Shown here piece by piece: positions 8,794-17,383 of a DNA stretch of 48,502 bases. Every line of letters begins with the position of its first letter. Position 1 is the first letter of the stretch. Source of the stretch: a virus (lineage: Duplodnaviria; Caudoviricetes). The position numbers were made by a program, and so were the translations under genes. The stretch spans positions 1 through 48,502 of IMG/VR virus record IMGVR_UViG_3300033145_000424. One strand, 5' to 3'. The notes beneath the pieces are model-generated. The model worked only from the letters and a program-made list of their open reading frames with translations. It was not told where the DNA came from and did no database searches.

Positions 8794-9191
8794 TTCAGTC
8801 GTTTTAAGTGGCCCTGCAAGGCCCGGCTGAAGAGGACAACAACGAAAGGAAATATAGCAATTAATTAGTGTTTGTTCAACACTGGCTTACCATAAGCAAT
8901 CGTTTATGGTCCTTTTGTCCTCATAACTTGCACGAGGACGGGCATACCAACAGACTCGTAAACCACGTGGCGTAGTACTTAGTGTTTACAACACACAATC
9001 TCAACCTTTAAGGGGCGGGGATAATTCCGGGTTAAAGTGGTGTATAGGGATTTACAACGATTTCCCTCTGGATCTTCTGTCTACCATAGCAGATAAGCAG
9101 AGGCCGGCAATACTGTAGATTGTGCTTACATGCGTTAAACGGTGGTCTTATTATCCATACCATATAAGGCTCCTTTATGTCAGGTATTGCC
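8794..9191 (+). ncRNA. Candidate large structured non-coding RNA or origin region
   Basis: About ten nested inverted repeats in an ORF-free ~400 nt. Confidence 0.4.
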
Positions 9192-9210
9192 TAAATAAAG
9201 AGGAAAGAAA

Positions 9211-9411
9211 ATGGATCATAAATTTAAACGAGGCGAACTTGTAAAATGCACTCAGTCGAATGCGGTTTATAAAGTTTGTGGATTTACTAAAGATCACCCT
9301 ATCATGCCTGATGGCTGGGTAATCGTAAGTGAAATAGGAGAGCTGGCTAATCCTAAATTCCTTGAGCGGTATGAGGGTGCCACCAGTTGCATGCAGAAAG
9401 ATAAATGCTAA
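9211..9411 (+). CDS. Hypothetical protein
   Basis: ORF with GAGG RBS. Confidence 0.6.
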   Translation: MDHKFKRGELVKCTQSNAVYKVCGFTKDHPIMPDGWVIVSEIGELANPKFLERYEGATSCMQKDKC

Positions 9412-9448
9412 GAGCGCAACCCATAAAAAACTCTAATGGTTATTCTTA

Positions 9449-9476
9449 TTGTATTTTCACGCTGATGACGTAAAGT
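9449..9476 (+). promoter_or_regulatory. Putative sigma70 promoter for c4-like module 2
   Basis: TTGTAT-16-TAAAGT. Confidence 0.45.
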
Positions 9477-9488
9477 GTTTATACGGGC

Positions 9489-9583
9489 GTCAGACACCCT
9501 CAACGGTAGATTTAATATAAAACCCTTCTTTATTCCTTGAGCCTCTACCGGCTGTCTGACCAAGGACCGAAGAGGGGTTTTTT
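9489..9583 (+). ncRNA. c4-like antisense RNA module 2
   Basis: Stem AAAACCCTTCTT/AAGAGGGGTTTT; internal TCTACCG and GTCTGAC complement upstream CGGTAGA and GTCAGAC. Confidence 0.7.
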
Positions 9584-9597
9584 ATTGGAGAAAGAAA

Positions 9598-9756
9598 ATG
9601 AAAGGCTTTACTTTACTAGAGCTGATGATAGTTATGGCAATACTTGGAATCCTTGCAGCTATCGCTTTGCCTGCATACCAAGAGCATGCCGCTAAACAAT
9701 ATACTGACGGCACATCACTTGAACAGCCTGATCATGAGGTCAATGGATTAAAATGA
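9598..9756 (+). CDS. Type IV pilin N-terminus-like peptide (52 aa), missing from ORF track
   Basis: MKG|[26 protein letters not shown]...; GGAG RBS; ATGA overlap with next gene. Confidence 0.85.
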   Translation: MKGFTLLELMIVMAILGILAAIALPAYQEHAAKQYTDGTSLEQPDHEVNGLK

Positions 9757-10574
9757 AAAACCTACTCACAGCAACACTTATCATATCAATAGCGCTACTC
9801 AATACAGCATGTATTTCACCAAGTAATGTTGATGCTGGAGAAGAAGGTGTGTTGACTTACCAGCCATGGATATTTGGCCATGGTGGAGTTGATCAAGTGC
9901 CAGTAACCACAGGTTTAACATGGACAGTATGGAGTACCAGCGTTGAGCGCTATAACATAAAGCCCATGAAGGCTACAGAATCATTTGAAGATATTACAGC
10001 TTCCGACAATGTGGCAATTGATTTTAACTCATACTTAACCCTACAGATACACAAAGGAGAGTCACCAAAGCTACATGAGCTGAGCGGCGTTAAATGGTAC
10101 AGCAATAAGGTAAAGGATTACTACCGGACTGTTGTAAGGAATGAAGCGCGAACACGATCATCAATAGACCTTAGAACGAAACCTGAGATGATTAATGCAG
10201 CACAAGATAGCATACGCACCAAAATGGCTGAATACCTAAAGTCAATTGACCTGCCGGTGAGTGTAACTAAGGTGGTTATAGGGAAGGTGAACCCGCCTCA
10301 AGAGGTGCTTGATGAGGCAGAGCGTACAGCTGCACAAAAGCAGCGCAACGCAACTGAGAAGGCTAGAGCAAGTGCTGAGCTGGACAGGAAGCATGCAGAG
10401 ACAAATAAGGCGTTAGCAGACAAGGCCTATGCTACTGAATTTAAAATGAACACAGAGCAGTTTCTGAGAAATAAGCGGCTGGACATATTGCAGCTAGCGG
10501 TCTTGAAAAAAGGCGGAAACATATCCCTTATTTTGAATGCCTCGGATGCAACTCCGATATTTAATGCCAAATAA
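9753..10574 (+). CDS. SPFH/band 7 domain lipoprotein
   Basis: Lipobox-like NTAC; VDAGEEGV; coiled C-terminus. Confidence 0.8.
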   Translation: MKNLLTATLIISIALLNTACISPSNVDAGEEGVLTYQPWIFGHGGVDQVPVTTGLTWTVWSTSVERYNIKPMKATESFEDITASDNVAIDFNSYLTLQIHKGESPKLHELSGVKWYSNKVKDYYRTVVRNEARTRSSIDLRTKPEMINAAQDSIRTKMAEYLKSIDLPVSVTKVVIGKVNPPQEVLDEAERTAAQKQRNATEKARASAELDRKHAETNKALADKAYATEFKMNTEQFLRNKRLDILQLAVLKKGGNISLILNASDATPIFNAK

Positions 10575-10621
10575 CGGAAATGGCAACGGCGCACAGCTTG
10601 TATAGTGTGCGGCCAATAATC

Positions 10622-11152
10622 ATGAACAAAAGAGACCTAATACAGCGCGTACTAATACGCACATGCCCGCCGGAGGACAAGATAGACGCGGGCATTGCGT
10701 ATGCTGAAACCCTCTGGGAAAAGCTCTGTGCTAGAGGGTATGGCGATGCTAAGTCAACAGGAAAGAGACAAACCATAGACCATTACGCGCTATTAACGCC
10801 ATTTCAAAAGAAGTATTTCGATAGGTTTTGGGTTTCATTTGGAAAGGTTGGATCAAGGAATGATGCGGCAAAAGCATGGAAGGCAAGAGATCCTAGCGCA
10901 GAGACCTCTGAGCGCATAATTGCCGCGGCATTAAAGGAAAGCTCAAGGGAGTAGTCAGGGAGCAGGAAACACGCAGAGGGATGGATTAACGGCTATAGAT
11001 ACGAGGATCTTTCCCCTGTTAAGTCTCAGCAATCAAGGTCAGCTGATGATGGTGGGCTAATGCATGCCAAGGATATGCTGGAGAAATCTAAAGGCAACCA
11101 AGCCATGATGGATTACTGGAAAGGCCAGATAAAGAAGATACAAGACAGTTAG
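10622..11152 (+). pseudogene. Replication-initiator/replisome-organiser C-terminal-like protein interrupted by in-frame TAG at 10952
   Basis: FDRFW...AAKAW before the stop; KHAEGWINGYRYED continues in frame after it. Confidence 0.5.
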
Positions 11153-11155
11153 AGA

Positions 11156-11587
11156 TACTAACGATTTAAATCACCTGTGGCGCTGGGTGATAGAAAAAGC
11201 GCTAATGAAGAATACATCTGGTGGATTTATTTTGTTAGCTGCTGGAGGCTATTGTGAGTAAAGAATACGGAATTGTTGCTAATGTTACTGGAATTGACCG
11301 CTTTGTGCGCCAAGGGTCGAAAGCATGGCTGTCTGGTGGCACAGGTGGCGAAGGGTGGTACAAGTTCCAATGGATATGCCGCACCAGGGGAGGAAGATTG
11401 ATAGAAAAATGGATGCCTACAGAAAGACTCAGTAACTTCAGATGCGCCTGGATACCAAAGCACATATGGGCACTGGCCGATGGGCATCTTTATATGACTG
11501 GTAGCAAGGTAGAAATGGAAAAAAGAGCTGCTGATCTAAACGAATTTCACAGCACTCTCAAGCGCAGCTAACAGGGGATAGACAGCT
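11156..11587 (-). mobile_element. Integron-like array B (single cassette)
   Basis: attC-like 11156-11240; cassette ends GTTAGCTGC/GCAGCTAAC; attI-like CTAACAGGGGATAGACAGCT at 11568-11587. Confidence 0.8.
11254..11571 (+). CDS. Cassette hypothetical protein
   Basis: GGAGG RBS, GTG start; stop is the TAA of the core site. Confidence 0.7.
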   Translation: MSKEYGIVANVTGIDRFVRQGSKAWLSGGTGGEGWYKFQWICRTRGGRLIEKWMPTERLSNFRCAWIPKHIWALADGHLYMTGSKVEMEKRAADLNEFHSTLKRS

Positions 11588-11760
11588 CTCTGAGTGAAAT
11601 GGTTGGGCATTGCAGTATCTTGGCCAATGGCGAAATAGCCAATACGTGCCAATCTAACCTTAATGCTTGCCACCTTGCTCTGACTGGTGCTGGGCAGCAT
11701 ATTGATTATTTAGTTTAATAAGCATAAGCTTAAATCTATGGTTATCTCCTTATTGTGTAA

Positions 11761-13623
11761 ATGCACATGGTCAGATCGGTAATAAGAAGTATTATTCGGC
11801 CTGTGCTTCGAAGCGTTATATATATTACGCTGGCTAAATTGCTGCAGCTGCCCTATGCCGATGCTACCGGGAAACTGATATTCGGCAAATTCTTCGACAG
11901 TCGTGAAGATGACATCTGGCTGATTGATGCATGGGGAAAGCTGTTCCAGGTTCCTGGTGCGCTGAGTGCTCTTGTGCCTGGTGGTATTCCTGCGCTTGAG
12001 TATGCGCGGTGGGTGCAGAATCTTCTATCTAGCAGCGTAGCTGCCCCTCAGAATACAGGCGTAGGGGGAGACACCATCACGCCCCTTGGGGACGGGGCAT
12101 TTAGACTTAAGCGAGAGCCCGTGGGAAGTGGCGACTTTAGATGGGGGGATCTGGTGTCAGGCACTGCTGGCAATATTTACTGTGGGCAAATACAAGTCAG
12201 AAGAGTTACAGGCACGGGCACAATACATCTGGATGTAAATGACGACGGGGCCATTTTTATAGAATCAGAACTGGCTGGCGAATATAAAATCTTTTCCACT
12301 GCTGGAACGCAAGCCACTGCGTACAGGTTCATGGATGTAGCACTGGGTACAGTTGGCGATGAGGTAGAAATACATGTACCACAAATAGAGAACACAACAG
12401 GTCAAACCGATCCAACCATTCCAGGCGAGCACCAAATAAGAGACCCAGCCAATAGCCTATATGGTTTAGGCTGCTACACCACAGAGCTAGCCAACACAGT
12501 ATCAAGTGGCGTTGTTACTGAAGCTGTAGGTGCAACCCTATCGCCTTACCCTCAGTTTGTGCATTGGTATCAGAGTACTAATAGCCTTATTTATTCAAGA
12601 GATTTTTCTAGTTGGTCTGCTAGCGGAGGTGCACCAACGTTAGCGCAGGATCAAGTTGGAATTGATGGGTTGCCCGACACCGCTACGACCCTGGGTGATG
12701 ATAGTGCAGTGGTGGCACTTGGCAAGTTCATTGATACTACGGTTCCAAACGACAGTAATACGGAAACATATCATTTTTACATAGGGAAAGATAACGACGA
12801 AACAAGATTCCCAGAGGTTCAGCTTACTCTGCAAAATGGCACTCTCCAGCAGATTAAAACACAAGTAAATACTAAAACAGGAGCAAAAACAGATAGGACT
12901 GCAACAGGTACGGTCTCATCGTCGGTAGAGAGCTTTAATGCTAGTTTTTGGAAGCTCATTTTAAAAGTAGCGAATAACTCAACCGGGAACACTACTTGTA
13001 AGGTACAGGTGTTCCCGGCTATAACCACAACGTGGGGGACTGTTGAGTCATCCGCCACGGGAACAATCATTATCGACTGGGCACACCTAGGGTTAAATAG
13101 AGATTTTGCCTCCCCTCCTATACGGACAACTGGCGCAGCAGTATCACGCGATTCAACGCAGCTAAAACACCCAAGAGCAGGGTATTTTTATCAGGGTGCT
13201 GGAACGGCTGTTATGTGGGTGAGACCGAGGTTGGCCGCTGCTGTGTTGAGCGTGAAAGCGGGCTTACTATCCGTTCGCGACGGGAGTTCCACATCTGTTC
13301 TATATCTAGGAACCACTGAAGCGGGAAGGTTGGCTTCTTTTGACGGGACTAATACTGCGCATAGAGACCTAACTGCGTGGTCTGCTGATGATCTGATGCT
13401 CTTCTTTTCAAGCTGGGAAACAGGCGGCGACATAGATGCTGGCGGCAAGGTAGGAGGAGGAGCATTAGAAACAGACGCAACACCTCCAGCTTATGACGGC
13501 GACTGGCAAATATCAGGTGACAACATAGAGTTTTTCAAAGACTGCCCTCAACCCATGGTATTCGAGGGCCTTGGAATCTACAACCAAAAGCTAACCAACA
13601 CCCAAGTGGATGAACTGCCGTGA
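11761..13623 (+). CDS. Virion spike/fibre protein (head-spike-fibre-like, lectin-type C-terminus)
   Basis: STNSLIYSRDFSSW and SPPIRTTGAAVSRD motifs; G/T-rich beta composition. Confidence 0.6.
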   Translation: MHMVRSVIRSIIRPVLRSVIYITLAKLLQLPYADATGKLIFGKFFDSREDDIWLIDAWGKLFQVPGALSALVPGGIPALEYARWVQNLLSSSVAAPQNTGVGGDTITPLGDGAFRLKREPVGSGDFRWGDLVSGTAGNIYCGQIQVRRVTGTGTIHLDVNDDGAIFIESELAGEYKIFSTAGTQATAYRFMDVALGTVGDEVEIHVPQIENTTGQTDPTIPGEHQIRDPANSLYGLGCYTTELANTVSSGVVTEAVGATLSPYPQFVHWYQSTNSLIYSRDFSSWSASGGAPTLAQDQVGIDGLPDTATTLGDDSAVVALGKFIDTTVPNDSNTETYHFYIGKDNDETRFPEVQLTLQNGTLQQIKTQVNTKTGAKTDRTATGTVSSSVESFNASFWKLILKVANNSTGNTTCKVQVFPAITTTWGTVESSATGTIIIDWAHLGLNRDFASPPIRTTGAAVSRDSTQLKHPRAGYFYQGAGTAVMWVRPRLAAAVLSVKAGLLSVRDGSSTSVLYLGTTEAGRLASFDGTNTAHRDLTAWSADDLMLFFSSWETGGDIDAGGKVGGGALETDATPPAYDGDWQISGDNIEFFKDCPQPMVFEGLGIYNQKLTNTQVDELP

Positions 13624-14084
13624 TCTCTAAGGTCATCATAGCTGTTGCAGCAGTGCTAGGTGCTATCAGCTGCACATATCTTGTCAACGTAGATGACGTG
13701 TCTGTCTGCAATAAAAACCCTGAATCTGATGCATGTTGGCGGTTGGCTAGCAGTATTCACAGCAAGTTAAAGCAAAGCCATATACATATCTTGCAACCTC
13801 ATGAGAGTGCAGCAGAAGAATGGGTGAATCATTCTGACAGCCTATCTAAGGGTGAGCGCTTCAAAGGAGACTGTGACGATTTTGCTTCTACTGCAAATGC
13901 ATTTGGCAAATCTCTTGGCTTATCAGAGTCAAGAGTAAAATCGTACCTTGTAACTTTGGGTTATATGAAGCTGCACGCAGTAACAAGGGTTGGCAACTGG
14001 GTTGTGGACAATCGCAGGCCATTTGTCACCCATTGGGATAAGGCATCGAAAGAATGGATTGCATTCAATGAGCATTCACTATGA
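13620..14084 (+). CDS. Transglutaminase-like cysteine peptidase (BTLCP/C93-like) with signal peptide
   Basis: GDCDDFA...HAV...VVDN catalytic triad pattern. Confidence 0.7.
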   Translation: MISKVIIAVAAVLGAISCTYLVNVDDVSVCNKNPESDACWRLASSIHSKLKQSHIHILQPHESAAEEWVNHSDSLSKGERFKGDCDDFASTANAFGKSLGLSESRVKSYLVTLGYMKLHAVTRVGNWVVDNRRPFVTHWDKASKEWIAFNEHSL

Positions 14085-14557
14085 TCCGCAAGCTTGTCTA
14101 CATAGAGATGCCTGCTGATACTGATATCAAGCTACTGTCAGAAGAGTTACAGACTGATATTGCTAGCGTCTCTCCCAAATGGGTGGGCGATATGTGTGCT
14201 GATATGCGGGTAGTTGATGGTAAGAAAGTTATCCGCCCTAGGGTCACAACTGATGCGACTACCATCAAGGCATTAATTGCTAAACACGAACTACCTTGGC
14301 GTAACTTAGGAATGCGCAGTTGTAAAAAGGAACCTGCATTTGATGCTAATGGTCACCCGGTACTAATTGACGAAGGCCTGGAAACTGAGCATCAGCTTTA
14401 CGAACATGTCTACGACACCCCGTTTGATGTTGTCGAGCTGCAGAGGTATCTCACGCCTACTACAGATGAAGAGGGTAATGAGACCATCCGGCCACTAGGT
14501 TGCCCAGTGTATAAAGGCTCAAGTGATGATCTGGTAACGCTTGATGCGTACGGTTAA
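14081..14557 (+). CDS. Hypothetical protein
   Basis: ATGA-coupled ORF. Confidence 0.65.
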   Translation: MIRKLVYIEMPADTDIKLLSEELQTDIASVSPKWVGDMCADMRVVDGKKVIRPRVTTDATTIKALIAKHELPWRNLGMRSCKKEPAFDANGHPVLIDEGLETEHQLYEHVYDTPFDVVELQRYLTPTTDEEGNETIRPLGCPVYKGSSDDLVTLDAYG

Positions 14558-14581
14558 TAAATATTTAGGAGGACAGCAGAA

Positions 14582-14878
14582 ATGAGTTTTATCACAGGCG
14601 AATTTACAGGAACAGGGCAAAGCGATGAGGTAAGGGCTGGAGAGTTTGAGATAAATATGCATTTATCCGGAACTTTTTCAGCAACAATAGAACTGCAGCG
14701 GAAGTTCGGAAGCGGAGGAACATTTGTCACGTTAAGCGATGGAGAGTTTGTTGCCGCTGCGGACAAGGTTATCGGGGAGCCTGATGGTGACGCATTCTAT
14801 AGATTGAATTGCACGGCCTATACTTCAGGCACTGCTGCATATCGGCTGGGCGTTGCGTCTCATCAAGCGAGATCGTAA
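14582..14878 (+). CDS. Small beta-rich virion protein (spike-associated)
   Basis: SGTFSATIELQR...YRLNCTAYTSGT; similar to a segment of tail tube B. Confidence 0.5.
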   Translation: MSFITGEFTGTGQSDEVRAGEFEINMHLSGTFSATIELQRKFGSGGTFVTLSDGEFVAAADKVIGEPDGDAFYRLNCTAYTSGTAAYRLGVASHQARS

Positions 14879-14907
14879 TTATTGATTAGTGGTAGAGAGG
14901 CGAAACC

Positions 14908-15105
14908 ATGACCACAACAAACAACATTACAGGTAAGCTGATTAGAACCAAGGCAAACTCTAAGGAATTCAGAGATAACTTTTGCAGTATTATTTGGTCT
15001 AATCCCGGAGACAAGGGAAAAGACATCACCAGGAAAGGCATAGAGGCAGAGAGGGCACTTAAGCAGTTGCCTGATGTGAGCTATGAGGATGAGGGGATAA
15101 GGTAA
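14908..15105 (+). CDS. Hypothetical protein
   Basis: ORF with GAGG RBS. Confidence 0.6.
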   Translation: MTTTNNITGKLIRTKANSKEFRDNFCSIIWSNPGDKGKDITRKGIEAERALKQLPDVSYEDEGIR

Positions 15106-15136
15106 GGCTGATTAAGGTAATTTAAGGAGAGAGGCG

Positions 15137-15496
15137 ATGAAAAGGCGTAATTTTTTGAAAGGGCTGGCGGCGTTACCTATTGCTGCCGCATTACCAGCTT
15201 TGGCAAACAAACAAGATGCTGACCAGGATGAGTATGCGGTAACCCAGTGGGAGAAAGAAGGGCAATTTCAAGACGCAAAGACATTAGAGCGCCTTCAGAT
15301 GGAAATACTGGAGAAGATAGCTAACCCTCCTCTTGTCCTGGGGCCAGAGATGACAGCAACTGAGGTGTTAAGGCGAAGAGACTTGTGTGGTTTTGAGGCA
15401 AGCCAGAGAATGCAGACACATCAAGGGCTGTGTAAGTACACTCAAAAGTTATTTGATGATGAAGTTTATAGGCTGCTGACTAATGCCGGCTCCTAA
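15137..15496 (+). CDS. Twin-arginine-signal-like small protein with portal-like motifs
   Basis: MKRRNFLKGLAALP; NPPLV and MTATEV. Confidence 0.55.
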   Translation: MKRRNFLKGLAALPIAAALPALANKQDADQDEYAVTQWEKEGQFQDAKTLERLQMEILEKIANPPLVLGPEMTATEVLRRRDLCGFEASQRMQTHQGLCKYTQKLFDDEVYRLLTNAGS

Positions 15497-15950
15497 AGGA
15501 AATAAGTTCGCAGAAGGAAACGACGGAGGCCGGCCAACCAAATACACTCCAGAATTCATAGAGCTAGCTAAAGATTATCTTGAGAATTATGAGGAAAAGT
15601 ATGATGACGCAATCCCATCAATAGCAGGGCTTGCAGTGGCATCTAGCATCTCAAGAGAAACGCTAAATGTATGGAAAAGCGAGGAAGGGAAAGAAGAGTA
15701 TTCGGACATATTAGCTAAGTTATTGGCTACACAGGAAAATGTCCTGGTTAATAAGGGGCTAAAGAATGAGTTTAATTCCAATATTACCAAGCTGGTATTA
15801 GGGAAGCATGGGCACCATGAAAAGCACGATAATACTCACGGCGGGCCTAATGGCAAACCAATCGAAGTAGAAGACAAAACCAAATACGAGGGAAACGAGC
15901 TAGCCAGAAGGCTGGCTTTTGTGCTTTCTAAAGCGGTGAAAGATGAGTGA
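15483..15950 (+). CDS. terS: Terminase small subunit
   Basis: MPAPKGNKFA, GRPTKY, PSIAGLA, ITKLVL. Confidence 0.85.
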   Translation: MPAPKGNKFAEGNDGGRPTKYTPEFIELAKDYLENYEEKYDDAIPSIAGLAVASSISRETLNVWKSEEGKEEYSDILAKLLATQENVLVNKGLKNEFNSNITKLVLGKHGHHEKHDNTHGGPNGKPIEVEDKTKYEGNELARRLAFVLSKAVKDE

Positions 15951-16004
15951 TATATCTATAGTGAGCACTTGGAATTAATCGGTTGAATTGTAAGGAGTTT
16001 TAAA

Positions 16005-16112
16005 ATGGGCAATACGGCTACAATTTGGACTATTGTGTGGGTGGTTACCGGGTATCTGGCGGTTCCTTGTGGCGTCATATATGCCGTTGGTATGTCACGA
16101 GGGTGGTGGTAA
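16005..16112 (+). CDS. 35-aa single-pass membrane peptide
   Basis: AGGAG RBS; MGNTATIWTIVWVVTGYLAVPCGVIYAVGMSRGWW. Confidence 0.5.
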   Translation: MGNTATIWTIVWVVTGYLAVPCGVIYAVGMSRGWW

Positions 16113-16221
16113 GGCATAACGATTAGTTGAGAAGCGTGGTGCACGACAATGATTAAGTGCACCGCTACTGAAAACCACGTCTTTTCGAACGGCGTGTTAT
16201 GCAGAACCCCATACTACGGAG

Positions 16222-16458
16222 TTGATAATGATTAAATACTATTGCGATATTTGCGGCACCGAAATTACACCAGAGAACAAGAAGCCTGCGACATTTACAG
16301 GCAAAAAAGTAAGCACCCACGGCTTGCCAAAAAGAGAGCTGATGGTGCAGCTTGTTGAACATGACCCATGTGGCGACGAGGATGCATGTGTTTGCAAGTA
16401 TTGCATGATAGATGCAATTAAGAGCGCAGATGATCGCCCTATGGAAGGTGCTGCATAA
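16222..16458 (+). CDS. Cassette Zn-ribbon-like protein
   Basis: YCDICG and CKYC; cassette ends GTTATGCAG/CTGCATAAC. Confidence 0.65.
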   Translation: MIMIKYYCDICGTEITPENKKPATFTGKKVSTHGLPKRELMVQLVEHDPCGDEDACVCKYCMIDAIKSADDRPMEGAA

Positions 16459-16570
16459 CAGTTGCGAATAAGGTGGCACACTCGGTGCCAAAATAGAAAC
16501 GAAAGACTAACCTGCTCAGCTTGATTTGCCTGGTTAGGCGATTACTACCACTGAAGACTAGGAGTTAAAA

Positions 16571-16768
16571 ATGAGCGACTTTACAGCAAGAATGTTTGAA
16601 GAACATAGCCAGCTATCTACAAGAATTGAGAAGCTGAAGGCTTTTATTGTTTCTGATAAATACGACACGTTGCCAGAAGTTGATCAGGCTGATTTAAAAA
16701 AACAGCTGAAGCACATGGAAGGCTATTTTAAGGTATTAAGTTGCCGCGTTTCTCGTCAGTGTGGGTGA
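16571..16768 (+). CDS. crAss001_48-like small phage protein
   Basis: RM.EE..L..RI.KL..FI...Q..LK.Q...M..Y..L..R pattern. Confidence 0.6.
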   Translation: MSDFTARMFEEHSQLSTRIEKLKAFIVSDKYDTLPEVDQADLKKQLKHMEGYFKVLSCRVSRQCG

Positions 16769-16946
16769 AGAAATGAATATTGAATTATTACTTGTGATTA
16801 TGGCTTGGATGGTGGCGACCTCTATTGTGTTTCGTATCAGAGATGTATGCAACTCTGACTGCCAATATGAATTTTTGAGAGCCACATGGGAGCCTTACGC
16901 AATATCCATCGGGCTACTGATGATGGCAATAGGGCATTACGCCTAA
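16761..16946 (+). CDS. Small two-TM membrane protein (second ORF of the cassette)
   Basis: Hydrophobic segments; stop in the core site. Confidence 0.55.
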   Translation: MGEEMNIELLLVIMAWMVATSIVFRIRDVCNSDCQYEFLRATWEPYAISIGLLMMAIGHYA

Positions 16947-17019
16947 CGACCGCAATTAACCGGCACGAGTGAAGCGAGTGTCGGGTTGAATTGCCGTGTT
17001 AGGCCAAGCTTTATTTTAC

Positions 17020-17048
17020 TTGACCTGACCGATAAGTAAGACTAGATT
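17020..17048 (+). promoter_or_regulatory. Cassette-internal sigma70 promoter
   Basis: TTGACC-17-TAGATT. Confidence 0.6.
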
Positions 17049-17061
17049 TGAAACTGTGGAG

Positions 17062-17156
17062 TGATACCCACTACAAGTGAGTTAAACAAGGCGTACGTCT
17101 TGGCTAGGTGGGATCTCACTCCCCCGTATCAACTGGCCAGGGTGTACGCCTTTTTT
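17062..17156 (+). ncRNA. c4-like antisense RNA module 3 (cassette-borne)
   Basis: Stem AAGGCGTAC/GTACGCCTT plus U-tract; internal CTCACT and GTATCA complement upstream AGTGAG and TGATAC. Confidence 0.65.
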
Positions 17157-17170
17157 ATTGGGATAGGATT

Positions 17171-17383
17171 ATGCTAAATGTTAACAAACAAAAAGGGCAA
17201 ATTGACGGCGAGCTTATTGGGATTCTTATCGGGCTGGCGCTCTTTGTGGCCAGTGTTGCCGCTTGGTTTACCCATATTTTTACTTGCCTCTCTGAAGAAG
17301 CTTGGGGTTTCCTCATTGCTGGCGCGATTATGTTCCCGATTGCGATAGTTCACGGCTTTGGCATATGGTTTGGTTTCTTCTGA
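17171..17383 (+). CDS. Membrane protein with prepilin-like leader
   Basis: MLNVNKQKG|QIDGE followed by hydrophobic helices. Confidence 0.65.
   Translation: MLNVNKQKGQIDGELIGILIGLALFVASVAAWFTHIFTCLSEEAWGFLIAGAIMFPIAIVHGFGIWFGFF

Noticed and set aside
10952-10954. Genome-wide TAG recoding
   Set aside because: Portal, scaffold and other genes end properly at TAG, and no suppressor tRNA was seen
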